Shown here: one piece after another, positions 54,619 to 64,000 of the stretch
How the letters are laid out: the number at the start of each line of letters is the position of its first letter
Numbering within the stretch: position 1 is the first letter of the stretch
Notes under the pieces: generated by a model
What the model was told of the DNA's origin: nothing
Database searches by the model: none
The model's input: only the letters and a program-made list of their open reading frames with translations
IMG/VR virus record: IMGVR_UViG_3300025892_000009
Strand: one strand, 5' to 3'
Length of the DNA stretch: 64,000 nt
Origin: a virus
Position numbers and translations under genes: made by a program

Positions 54619-56211
54619 TTAGGTGCCATCAAAAGTTTGACTCGTAGAATCAAATGTAGATGATGTGCTATCGAAACGATTTGCAACATCTCCTCCTCCA
54701 CCAGATCCAGTTACTGTTAACGTAGCAGAATTTGAATCTAAAGGAGTATTTGATGCATTATCTTGAGGAAGTGGTCCTCTAATACGACAACGATACTTAT
54801 ATCCAGTCATGTATGACAAAGCAGTGACTGAGTATGATGCTGAAGTTGCACCTGTCACTGCAGCGAAAGCGAATCCACCATCAGTAGATCTATACCATTG
54901 ATACCCAATGGATCCATCTTCAGGAAGGATCTGTGCATTTACCGTAAACGTAGCACTCTCATTTGCATTAGCGGTAGCATTTGCTGGTTGCAATGTAAAC
55001 TGTAGAGTAGGTGCTACTGGTGCAGGACCACCACCACCTGGATCCACAGGAGGAGCAACTGGATTTGCTCCGTTATTTAATGGTGTATCTATAACTTCAC
55101 GAGAAGTAATACCTACAATGTATGGAAACTCAGGATGATCAATATCTGTAGGATCAACCGATATGAAATACGCATATGTGCCATTTTGAAACTCTGGAGT
55201 TATACAAAATTTACCATTATGGATATCTAAAGTTCCTGTCCCTTCAATATATTCATAGTCCTGAACAAGAGATCCCGCTGGGGGATTATCACTAGTAGTC
55301 CCATAATCAGGTCTACCTGATACTTCAATATCTCTAACGGAATACGAGCTACTCTGGATTGATACTCCACTCAAATTGTCCCATGATGAAGTATATCCAT
55401 ATGGACCATAAATTGGAAATCCATCAAATGCATATCCAACTATTTTTGAATGTCCATCTGGGTGGCGAATATTATTACCATTAAATTGAGTTGATCCATA
55501 ATAATCATTGTATGATGCCATTATGGAATTATCTTTCCAACAATCCAAGAAATGACTATCATGGTAATGATATTGTCCTGTTTGCTCTGGATGTCCACCG
55601 CATTCATCTTCACCAAAACTATTGAAAGGCGTATGTCCAGCAGCATTCCAATTATATCCAACAGGTGGAGATCCTCCATTCCCTGCACTGGGATTGAAAA
55701 TTACTACACCATTTGCACTAATTCCAATAGTGCCTAAGGGGGTAGATGTCCTGCCATTTCTTTGATCGTAGTATTCGTATGTGCCAGAGCCTGATTCTTG
55801 ATCTGACATGATTAAATCGATACGATCGTCTGCTGCTAACCAGCATTCATCTGCAACTGAAGTAAAAGTTGTCCCTTTATAAAGAAACTTCCTTTTAATC
55901 CCATCACTAAAAACAAATAATAGATGATCACCTTCACGAATTTGATTGGTTGCACCAAACAATGAATTATCATTCGCACTTATAATAATGGATCTAATAA
56001 ATCCTGTTTGTGACCATTGGTTACTGTCAAATGTACGACTAATTCCAAATGTCCCACCACGATATTCAAAATTATGATCAAAATCTTGCTCAGTAACCGT
56101 ATTTGGGTTATTTGAATTTGGAAATGTGCCATAACTTACAGGTGCTGGCAGTCCATCTGCAGCAACTGTAAGTACTCTGGTGGCATTATTATAACTGGCG
56201 GTTGCAGTCAT
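54619..56211 (-). CDS. YHYH-domain protein with Ig-like domain
   Basis: GGHP...YHYH (55561-55572), GYAFDGFPIYGPYG, LDIHNG...GTYAYF; Ig-like YQWY...YRCRI; terminal FDSTSSTFDSTSQTFD. Confidence 0.85.
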   Translation of the reverse strand: MTATASYNNATRVLTVAADGLPAPVSYGTFPNSNNPNTVTEQDFDHNFEYRGGTFGISRTFDSNQWSQTGFIRSIIISANDNSLFGATNQIREGDHLLFVFSDGIKRKFLYKGTTFTSVADECWLAADDRIDLIMSDQESGSGTYEYYDQRNGRTSTPLGTIGISANGVVIFNPSAGNGGSPPVGYNWNAAGHTPFNSFGEDECGGHPEQTGQYHYHDSHFLDCWKDNSIMASYNDYYGSTQFNGNNIRHPDGHSKIVGYAFDGFPIYGPYGYTSSWDNLSGVSIQSSSYSVRDIEVSGRPDYGTTSDNPPAGSLVQDYEYIEGTGTLDIHNGKFCITPEFQNGTYAYFISVDPTDIDHPEFPYIVGITSREVIDTPLNNGANPVAPPVDPGGGGPAPVAPTLQFTLQPANATANANESATFTVNAQILPEDGSIGYQWYRSTDGGFAFAAVTGATSASYSVTALSYMTGYKYRCRIRGPLPQDNASNTPLDSNSATLTVTGSGGGGDVANRFDSTSSTFDSTSQTFDGT

Positions 56212-56222
56212 CTTTTTACTTT

Positions 56223-56229
56223 TATTTAG
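56223..56229 (-). promoter_or_regulatory. Late promoter
   Basis: CTAAATA overlapping the stop of the giant ORF. Confidence 0.6.
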
Positions 56230-59200
56230 TTGTCATCGAAGATGGTCGCTGGATTGAAGTTACTAATTACAGTAGCTCCAGTCTGGACACTTAGGATAGC
56301 AGATAGCGAATAGACTGGTGTTGCACCCGCTGCAGTAATTGCAACGCGATATTCATCACCATCATCAGATTGCACTGTGTTTCCAGTATCGTATACTGCT
56401 TGGTTAGCACCAATGATGTTACTCCAAGTTTGTATGCCATAATCTTTCTTCTGCCACTGATAATTCAAGGTTTCGCTATTGCTAACCGTAGCAACCACAG
56501 TGAATGAAGCAGTTGTATTTTGATTCACTGTCACGTTGACAGGATCTTGAGTGATAGAAATCGCACCAGGAGTAATCGTCGATCCTCCAGTATACTCACT
56601 ACCTTCGCCTGCGAGGATATCAAAACCACCATTGACAGGAGTGCCTTCGGGATTTACAAAATCATCGGGGACTTCATTATCAATTGCAATACTCGCTTGC
56701 GAATAACCAACACCTGGAGTCTTAACTACCATGTTGGCAATTCCAAGTTGTGCAACAATACGTGCGTCAAATCCTGTAGATGAAATAACGTCAACGTTTG
56801 GTATTGATGTATATCCATCACCAGGAGCAGTCAGACCAGCAGTTGTAACTTCTCCCGATGTCACATTAGCCAATGCGTCAGCATTACGACCCTTAACAGA
56901 TCCTGTATATTCAAATGTGATCAATGAGTTGGAAGACTCAATAAGAGCAACTTCTCTCTGAAACTCCTCACCCTCAATGACCAATTTATCGCCAGTTTCA
57001 ATTGGTGGCACAACAGTTGCTGCAACCACGTCAGCGTCACTACCAATATATGAGAATCCAACGTATGTAGATCCTGCACGAGGCACTTCAGAAAAGATGA
57101 TTCTGGATCCAACAATCTCGTATGCAACTCCAGGTTCTTGAATGATACCGTTGAGTGAGACAATAATGTTGTTTTCTGGGCGGATCACGTTAGAAGAAAC
57201 ACCTTCAGTCAATGTCAATGAATAGAAAAGTCCATCACGCTTGAGGTTGAAAGAAGATCTCAACGAATCAAACTCGAAACTAATATCGTCTAATTGACGT
57301 AGTTTACCAACATAATATCCGATAAACTCAGACCCAATATCAGGTGCTTCGGAGAATGCAATTTTGTCTGAGAATGCAACATAAGAGTTAGTTGCACCAG
57401 GTGGTTGCAGGACTCCATTCACCCATAGGAGTAGATGTCCTGCAGGATCTGGGAAGTATTGCTCACCATTTGCAATTGTAATATCGAAGGTAGTTTGGAC
57501 TCCATCAAATCCACGGAAGTAACGCTCAACGCGACCTTCAAGGACCCTGGCAGAAGAAACTGCTCCACCCCAACCATAATCAGATTTAATAGTCATATTA
57601 TCGACAAATAGACCCACTGCATTTTCAATATGGATTCTTGCAGTAATGCCCTGTTGATCAATATAAACCACACGCCCGTAAGATGTGTATCCAGTATCCA
57701 CAACTGATGTTACATTTGCGTAGATTGTTGGGAAGTTAGATCCAATATCAATCTTACCGATGTTATTGGAAGAATTTGTCAATTCGGATACTGGAGCACC
57801 AGTACCTACATCTACAGGATTAGCAATCCATAGTTTGTGGATTCCATAATTTGGATCAGAAGGATCTAGATTAGTGCCATTAATATACTGAGTAACAGTT
57901 GCACGGAAACCTGGATTTTTTTCTGTAGTGCCTTGAAGCAGGGAAACTTCATCTCCAACACGGAATGTATCACTTACACCCGTGTCGATAATTGCAATAC
58001 CAAGATTCAATTCATAGACGTTAGTGCCATGTAGGTACTGATTCAATTGGATCGCAGTGCCAGAGATACCCTTAACATCTAAGATGTAATCGGTAACGCT
58101 ACCATAAACAATATCACCAGGATTCCAAGAATTTTGGATAGTCTCAACGTCCATCGATATGCGACCACCCTGGTTACTAATAAGAGCACCAGATTTATTT
58201 ACATAACTTTCGGCATATGCTTCTGCAGAAGATTCAGAAGCAAACAACCAATCTCCTGCGGCAAAATCTCCAATCTCCAAATCCATCAAGAATCTATCAT
58301 CCGATGTGCCTGCAGTAGCAGTTGTGCCACTATCAACACCTTCAATTATATCACCATCATTAATAGTGCCAGCAACTGTCATAAGTTTTACAAATGAATT
58401 GCCATCATTGTCAGGATCTACTGTTTGTAGTACGTATCCGTTATTAGCAGTCGCACCTTGGACAACAACTTGCTCTCCATTAGTAAATCTATCATAAGTG
58501 CCTAATGTCTGAGATACGTTTGTCACTGGGAAGTTCTTGTAGATCTTGAAGATATTTGCAGAATTCAGTTGAATTCTAGAAACTTCGCTAGATGCTTCAG
58601 ATGTAGATCCATAAAGCACATCTGCAGGATTAAACCCACCTTGGATAGGAGTATCTGAGGGATCTGAAGGATAAACAGTTACATCACGAGTGATTCCACT
58701 ACGTCTCACAACTGAGAAGAGTTGTGATCCCACATTGGTAGTGTCTACTTCCAATAATCTAAAACGTCCATCGTGGATGTAATGAGCACCAATCTCAAAC
58801 CAAGTGCCTGTTGCAGACAAGACATAGAAATATGATTGTCCTGACAAACCTGTTAATGAATTTTCAGATGCAGGGATATATGAGAGGACATCACCACGAC
58901 GGAAGTAATTTCCACGGTTAATTCTAATTCTATATTCAGCACGATCAAATCCAACATCCACCAAAGGAGTCAAAGAAACCAGAGAAGGATCGGTATTATA
59001 GTCTTCACCCATCTCATATGTTGTGCTCAGATTCTGAGCATCAGTAGATGCTACAAATGTTACACTTGCTTCTGTTGGGAATGCAGATCTTTCCAATGCA
59101 AATTCTAGAGGATTCATTGAAGAATCCATAATAAATTCAGTTGCTTCTTGGAAGTAATCTATTCTTTCCTCGGGACTATATGTGATATATGAATCCCAAC

Positions 59201-62200
59201 CAGGATCAGTCTCAAGTTGATAAAGAGCACTCTTGGAAAATTCTCTAATTCTTGTTAATGCATAAATGAGATGTGATCTAATGACATCTGTAAATGCAAT
59301 GAAGTTTCCTTCACCATCAAACCAAGTCTGGGCAAGACGGAATGCTCCTGCATTACCACCTGTAATCATGTCATATCGCAATGCCTTAAGCACGGCATCT
59401 GGGAAATCGCTCGTGAGGTTAGTTGTTGCGTATGTTGCAGTAACATCATCTACAACCCTTGCCACAATTGCAGCATGGTTGAAGAGAAGTATATCTGCAA
59501 TACCCTTATCAGTATTTGCACCAGCACCAAGTGTATTTGACATAATATCAAACAACGTATCTACAGCAGATACTTCATTGTGACATGTGCCTGCCTGGTA
59601 ATTGGTATTGCCAGTAGATGCTGTGGTCTTAGTAACACTACCTGTTAGGTAGTTTACATTATTAACTGCAGCTTCTGTAATTGTGCTTATAACCATTCCA
59701 AACAAGGTATCAATCGAAGATGCCACTTGGGGACATACTTGATTCCAAGTGCTGTCGGCTTCAGATCCACCATTGGAAGTATCGTAAGTAATTGTCAGAT
59801 CTCTAATGACATTTTCAGGACTATACTTAACGGGCCAGATATATGGCAGAGAATAAGAATTTGTTGCAACTCCGCTAGGATTAGTGATGCCTCCAGTGAC
59901 AATTGCCATCAAAGTATCAATTCTTGCTTCAATCTCAGAAGTCTCAGTGCCAGTATAGTCTGGATCAACTACACGACCTCTATAGTATTCCAAGTTGCCT
60001 GTAATAGCATATTGCCAAGAAGCTGTGGGTTCTCCCGATGGCACATTACCTGCTGTGGCACCAAAACCGCCATCATTACCATCTGACCAAACACCACCGC
60101 CACTGCCAAGACCAATAACACTACCAACTCCACCACCATCACCACCACCAGGGGTATATGCAGTCCCCTGAATTTCATTGTCAATCCATAGTCTCACTCT
60201 ACCAGCACCAGTTGCCTGATTGCCACCAATACGGACTTCCCAAGTGATAGTATGTGCATTGCCATCCATAACACCTGCAGTTACCAGATCTGCAACTGGA
60301 ATATCCAACATTGCCAATCCAGTATCACTGGTGTATGAAGCACCACCAGCGTAGGTATTTCCTCCTGCACCAGCACGTAGTCTTAAGTATGTGCCACTAT
60401 CTCTAAATCCAAGGAAGGTTCCTATTGTAGATCCACCACCTTCAAAGAGGACACCATCAACTGGATTCGATGGAAGCACCGTGGTGCATTCGCAAACAAA
60501 ATCCTCATTACTGGTCATTCCAGTTGCAGAATTTGCAGAGTTATTGATATTAACTGTGCCTGATGCAAACGATCTGGTTAAAACATTATTAAAGACTGAG
60601 TTGTCAAGTCCATCAGTAATATCGTGAGGGCGAAGTTGATTGGATGGTTTTGCTGTAGCATCGAAGAAACGCTGACCAACTCCATATGCAGCAGTATTCG
60701 CAATCAGTTGATCCTTCATTGCACGTTTGACAAGATCTCTTGCCTTTTCCAAAATCCATATAGACTCAGTTGCTTGTGCAGTAATATGATCAAGTGTGCC
60801 TGCACTATTCACATAGAATTCTGTAGCATATTGCATCCAGTTTTCACCACCATATTGGAGGTTGAATACTAGAGATCTCAAGATGTCAGTAACATCATGG
60901 ACACAATCAATAACACCATTGGATACAACTGCACCTTTCTTAGCATCTACAAACGTATGCACATAACCTTGTGCCCATGCAGGAGATGCAGCAACAGACA
61001 CGGTAATTGTATCTGCAGTTACTGATGTAATTGCAATTGACTTATTGTAGTTATCATCACCAGGACGAGGATAATATTTGGTAGTTGCATTCTGATCTTG
61101 TGTGCAGGAGAATCCAATAGATTCGGGTTGAATCGTAACTCTATTTCCAGCAACCAAGGTGTGAGTGCCAATTGTTAATACTGATACTCCAGTAGCAGGA
61201 TCGTGAGTTGCAGCAGTTACATCAAATATATCTCCACCACGAATTCCACCATTGATTGACAATGAAGGATACTGTGCTTCACCCAAAGCAACTGCTTGCT
61301 CGGCAATATATCGAATATTGCCATCAATAGATTCTGCAGTGTCTCTATAATCTGTGGTAAAGGGATTCTGCTCATATGACTGGACAGGAGTGGACTCTGG
61401 AGTATTTCCTTCAATGTAATCTCTACCAAATGCATTACGCATTGTAGATAAGCAGAGATCTCTTACAATTTTATAAACGGTAACAGATGCTTCCCACTCT
61501 TTTTCAATATGCTTTAGTGAATTGTTTTCGGTCTCAATATAAAGTGCTGCTGCATCATAAGTTTTTTCATTACAATCGTGGAGGAGGTCATGGATGACAG
61601 CATTAATTGTATCTTTGACATCATCTTCGCAATTTACATGCCCACCAGGGACTTGCATAGTCCCATACTTAGACAAATCATTCATAATTGCAACTGCTTC
61701 CATTGCAATTACATTTTGATTTTCCTTAATTCTATTGACAGCATCTATGAAGCGATCATTAGAATTTCTAGTTGCTTGAGGCCATGCTTGCGGATCAATA
61801 GTGATTGTATTATCACGATATGCTGCTCTAGTGGTGTAGAGAGGTGAATAATAATCATCTTGTGCCCAAGCAGGGACACCCAATTCTGCAACTGCACTGC
61901 CAGGAGACATTAGAAGATTATTCAGTGCCTTAATACACAAATACTTGGCATACTCAAACGCATCCAACATGGGATTGAGCTCATGCTCAACATGGAGAAT
62001 ATTATCTTGAGAATCAAGGTAGTTATCAATCACATTCTTAATATTGTACGTGCCACCTGTTACGAGGTCAGCAATAACTCCAGGGAGGATATGGGTTTTA
62101 ATATCATCTTCACATGCACTTTGACCACCGCCAGGATAGACTAAGAATTGCTGTGGATTTCCATCAAGGGTCCTGGTATACTTTGCATTAATATATCCTG

Positions 62201-64000
62201 CAGTTTCTTCTGCAATGTAGTCACGATTTTTCCAAATCATTACACCAGAATCCTTGAATCCCTGATCTGTAGGTGCGATAACCTGTAAAAGATTATCAAT
62301 CAATACGCGAATTTCAGTTTGAATTGCATTAGATGCAGGAGAAGAGAAATTATTAGGAATTCTCAATCTTTGACTATAAACACCTGAAAGATCTGTGCTA
62401 GTTGTTGTGATAACATCATTAATGATATCTCCAACAGAGTCCCAAGTGAATAGTGTTTGTAGGACTTCCTTACCAATATAATTTAACTCACCACCCTTTG
62501 TTAGGTATGTGCGAGCAGTATATAAGGTGTGGTATGTGCCACCTTCTCTCAAGTCTTTAACAATCGCACCAATAATATAGTCCTTCGTATCGCGAAGGCA
62601 ATATGTAGTACCTCCATAAGAATTATTTGCAGGATCATCACCTGGCATAATGAAATCTGGGAATTGTGCCTTCATTCTTCCGACGGCTTCATCGGCAATC
62701 CAAGCATCATTCAATTCAATGATTCTTGCAGCATCCCTTTGATCTTTCCTTCCGAGGTCAACATCTTTAATGACAATAGTCTTGTCTACATAATTAATTT
62801 CCTTGGCAGTAGCACTGGATGTAAGAATTCCAGTAAATGTTGCATAAGTTTCAGTTGTAGACAGAATAAATGGATCTTCGCCATCCAGTCCTAATACAAT
62901 ATTGAGATTATTGTAATCAACTTGAGTTGGAGCAACAAATGGTGCAGAATATTTTGCTACTTTGTTATCAATGTAGAAATTATCCAGATACCCATCAAAT
63001 CCATTAGCAGCGTTGAAGTCGGCACCAATAGTTACTTTGGTATAGATATAATCATTTGTATCGGTGTAGTTGCTTCCTACCTGTGCTCCATTAACATAGA
63101 GTTGTAAGGTATTGGAAGTCCTAACCAATGCAATGTGATACCACCCATCGACAATAATAGTGCCACCAGAAATTAACTGAGTGGTGCCATTATAAACTCT
63201 CAGAGTACTACCATCCATGACCATTCGTAGTCCAAAGGTGGCAGACAAACGACGCATGTCGATCAGTGTCTGAGTGCCTGTTACTCCATTTGCTCTCCAC
63301 CAACCTTCGATTGTAAAATCATCAGTTGCTCCGAATGCATATTCAAAGGAGTCAGTTGCTGTCAAATATCCAGCAGCAGGAATCACAATACATTTAGTGC
63401 CACTCAATCTAGGACTCTTCTTGACAACACTTAAGGTGCAATTATTTTGATTGGCAAGAGTTGAGTTTGTAAGATACTCACCATCAACCATAGTCCCTGA
63501 TAACTCATCAGCAAAGATCACTTTCAGACCAGAATTAGATCCAATTGCTTGGAAAGTAGTACCCGATGTAACTCCACGGATTTGATCATTGATTGTGAAT
63601 AGACCTGAAGACTTATCCTTATATCCTAATTTAATGGTGCGGATTGTTTCTCCAGACTGGAAAGTGCCATCAGTTATAGATGCTAAGGCATTTACATTAG
63701 TGAGATTGCCAGCATTAATTGAAACTGTTGCAATATCAGTCAAAGTTGAAATATAAGACTGGACATCAGCACAGTTTGTTGCTAACTGATTACTACCATT
63801 TGCATAGTTAGCATCATAGGTAAATCCAGGAGCGGTGCCACCATAAGAAGCAGGATCGTTGAGGATTTCTAGATCTTTACCATAAAGTAAGTTATTAATT
63901 GCTAGATATGCAAGATCTCTAACTTTTTCAAATGCAGTGATAGACTCTGCAGTCTCTCCAACTAAACCGTTAGCAATAGGAGCACCCGCTGTGTCAAAAT
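56226..64000 (-). CDS. Giant baseplate-region structural protein (gp7-like locus), 5' end outside window
   Basis: Frame stays open from the track TTG (63743) to the window edge (…FDTAGAPIANGLVGET…NCADVQSYISTL). Contains a LamG-like domain, C-x-x-D helical repeats and a C-terminal Ig-like domain. Confidence 0.85.
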   Translation of the reverse strand, partial: FDTAGAPIANGLVGETAESITAFEKVRDLAYLAINNLLYGKDLEILNDPASYGGTAPGFTYDANYANGSNQLATNCADVQSYISTLTDIATVSINAGNLTNVNALASITDGTFQSGETIRTIKLGYKDKSSGLFTINDQIRGVTSGTTFQAIGSNSGLKVIFADELSGTMVDGEYLTNSTLANQNNCTLSVVKKSPRLSGTKCIVIPAAGYLTATDSFEYAFGATDDFTIEGWWRANGVTGTQTLIDMRRLSATFGLRMVMDGSTLRVYNGTTQLISGGTIIVDGWYHIALVRTSNTLQLYVNGAQVGSNYTDTNDYIYTKVTIGADFNAANGFDGYLDNFYIDNKVAKYSAPFVAPTQVDYNNLNIVLGLDGEDPFILSTTETYATFTGILTSSATAKEINYVDKTIVIKDVDLGRKDQRDAARIIELNDAWIADEAVGRMKAQFPDFIMPGDDPANNSYGGTTYCLRDTKDYIIGAIVKDLREGGTYHTLYTARTYLTKGGELNYIGKEVLQTLFTWDSVGDIINDVITTTSTDLSGVYSQRLRIPNNFSSPASNAIQTEIRVLIDNLLQVIAPTDQGFKDSGVMIWKNRDYIAEETAGYINAKYTRTLDGNPQQFLVYPGGGQSACEDDIKTHILPGVIADLVTGGTYNIKNVIDNYLDSQDNILHVEHELNPMLDAFEYAKYLCIKALNNLLMSPGSAVAELGVPAWAQDDYYSPLYTTRAAYRDNTITIDPQAWPQATRNSNDRFIDAVNRIKENQNVIAMEAVAIMNDLSKYGTMQVPGGHVNCEDDVKDTINAVIHDLLHDCNEKTYDAAALYIETENNSLKHIEKEWEASVTVYKIVRDLCLSTMRNAFGRDYIEGNTPESTPVQSYEQNPFTTDYRDTAESIDGNIRYIAEQAVALGEAQYPSLSINGGIRGGDIFDVTAATHDPATGVSVLTIGTHTLVAGNRVTIQPESIGFSCTQDQNATTKYYPRPGDDNYNKSIAITSVTADTITVSVAASPAWAQGYVHTFVDAKKGAVVSNGVIDCVHDVTDILRSLVFNLQYGGENWMQYATEFYVNSAGTLDHITAQATESIWILEKARDLVKRAMKDQLIANTAAYGVGQRFFDATAKPSNQLRPHDITDGLDNSVFNNVLTRSFASGTVNINNSANSATGMTSNEDFVCECTTVLPSNPVDGVLFEGGGSTIGTFLGFRDSGTYLRLRAGAGGNTYAGGASYTSDTGLAMLDIPVADLVTAGVMDGNAHTITWEVRIGGNQATGAGRVRLWIDNEIQGTAYTPGGGDGGGVGSVIGLGSGGGVWSDGNDGGFGATAGNVPSGEPTASWQYAITGNLEYYRGRVVDPDYTGTETSEIEARIDTLMAIVTGGITNPSGVATNSYSLPYIWPVKYSPENVIRDLTITYDTSNGGSEADSTWNQVCPQVASSIDTLFGMVISTITEAAVNNVNYLTGSVTKTTASTGNTNYQAGTCHNEVSAVDTLFDIMSNTLGAGANTDKGIADILLFNHAAIVARVVDDVTATYATTNLTSDFPDAVLKALRYDMITGGNAGAFRLAQTWFDGEGNFIAFTDVIRSHLIYALTRIREFSKSALYQLETDPGWDSYITYSPEERIDYFQEATEFIMDSSMNPLEFALERSAFPTEASVTFVASTDAQNLSTTYEMGEDYNTDPSLVSLTPLVDVGFDRAEYRIRINRGNYFRRGDVLSYIPASENSLTGLSGQSYFYVLSATGTWFEIGAHYIHDGRFRLLEVDTTNVGSQLFSVVRRSGITRDVTVYPSDPSDTPIQGGFNPADVLYGSTSEASSEVSRIQLNSANIFKIYKNFPVTNVSQTLGTYDRFTNGEQVVVQGATANNGYVLQTVDPDNDGNSFVKLMTVAGTINDGDIIEGVDSGTTATAGTSDDRFLMDLEIGDFAAGDWLFASESSAEAYAESYVNKSGALISNQGGRISMDVETIQNSWNPGDIVYGSVTDYILDVKGISGTAIQLNQYLHGTNVYELNLGIAIIDTGVSDTFRVGDEVSLLQGTTEKNPGFRATVTQYINGTNLDPSDPNYGIHKLWIANPVDVGTGAPVSELTNSSNNIGKIDIGSNFPTIYANVTSVVDTGYTSYGRVVYIDQQGITARIHIENAVGLFVDNMTIKSDYGWGGAVSSARVLEGRVERYFRGFDGVQTTFDITIANGEQYFPDPAGHLLLWVNGVLQPPGATNSYVAFSDKIAFSEAPDIGSEFIGYYVGKLRQLDDISFEFDSLRSSFNLKRDGLFYSLTLTEGVSSNVIRPENNIIVSLNGIIQEPGVAYEIVGSRIIFSEVPRAGSTYVGFSYIGSDADVVAATVVPPIETGDKLVIEGEEFQREVALIESSNSLITFEYTGSVKGRNADALANVTSGEVTTAGLTAPGDGYTSIPNVDVISSTGFDARIVAQLGIANMVVKTPGVGYSQASIAIDNEVPDDFVNPEGTPVNGGFDILAGEGSEYTGGSTITPGAISITQDPVNVTVNQNTTASFTVVATVSNSETLNYQWQKKDYGIQTWSNIIGANQAVYDTGNTVQSDDGDEYRVAITAAGATPVYSLSAILSVQTGATVISNFNPATIFDDN

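Noticed and set aside
54611-54626. 8-bp tandem duplication TTAGGTGC at the YHYH gene stop
   Set aside because: A single slippage-type duplication with no array or evident function.
1-64000. tRNA genes, CRISPR arrays, group I introns, inteins, DGR template/variable repeats, invertible segments
   Set aside because: Coding regions tile the window with gaps of at most about 155 nt. I found no cloverleaf, repeat-spacer array, reverse transcriptase, invertase or intein motifs, and the core genes have no unexplained interruptions. This was by eye; tRNAscan-SE and Infernal were not run.

Overview
A 64-kb segment of a T4-like marine cyanomyovirus genome (Synechococcus/Prochlorococcus-type phage). Essentially all genes lie on the minus strand. 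In transcription order: a giant baseplate-region protein running off the right edge, YHYH and cupredoxin-tipped virion proteins, gp8, a 2439-aa DUF4815-type structural protein, a 2265-aa fibre, gp13-gp16, a variable island (putative internal head proteins, petE, a catalytically truncated gnd, micro-ORFs, a thermonuclease), gp17-gp23, gp3, uvsY, uvsW, gp55, gp47/46, a vWA-metallopeptidase + CobS/MoxR AAA pair, gp45/44/62 interleaved with three 2OG-Fe(II) oxygenases and a Dam-like methylase, and regA running off the left edge. I saw no tRNA, CRISPR array, intron or intein. Seven genes missing from the ORF track were read by hand (regA plus six micro-ORFs). The most unusual signals: (1) two copies, about 29 kb apart, of a near-consensus sigma70 promoter on the gene-free plus strand, each followed by the same 19-bp inverted-repeat element and firing antisense into the 3' end of a gene; (2) a shared 20-bp motif exactly 30 nt upstream of the -10 box of both the vWA-peptidase and AAA genes; (3) T4 capsid-targeting-like N-termini on two basic proteins; (4) a gnd derivative lacking its catalytic domain; (5) an amicyanin-type copper site on a virion protein. 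Family names come from recognised motifs and synteny, not database searches.
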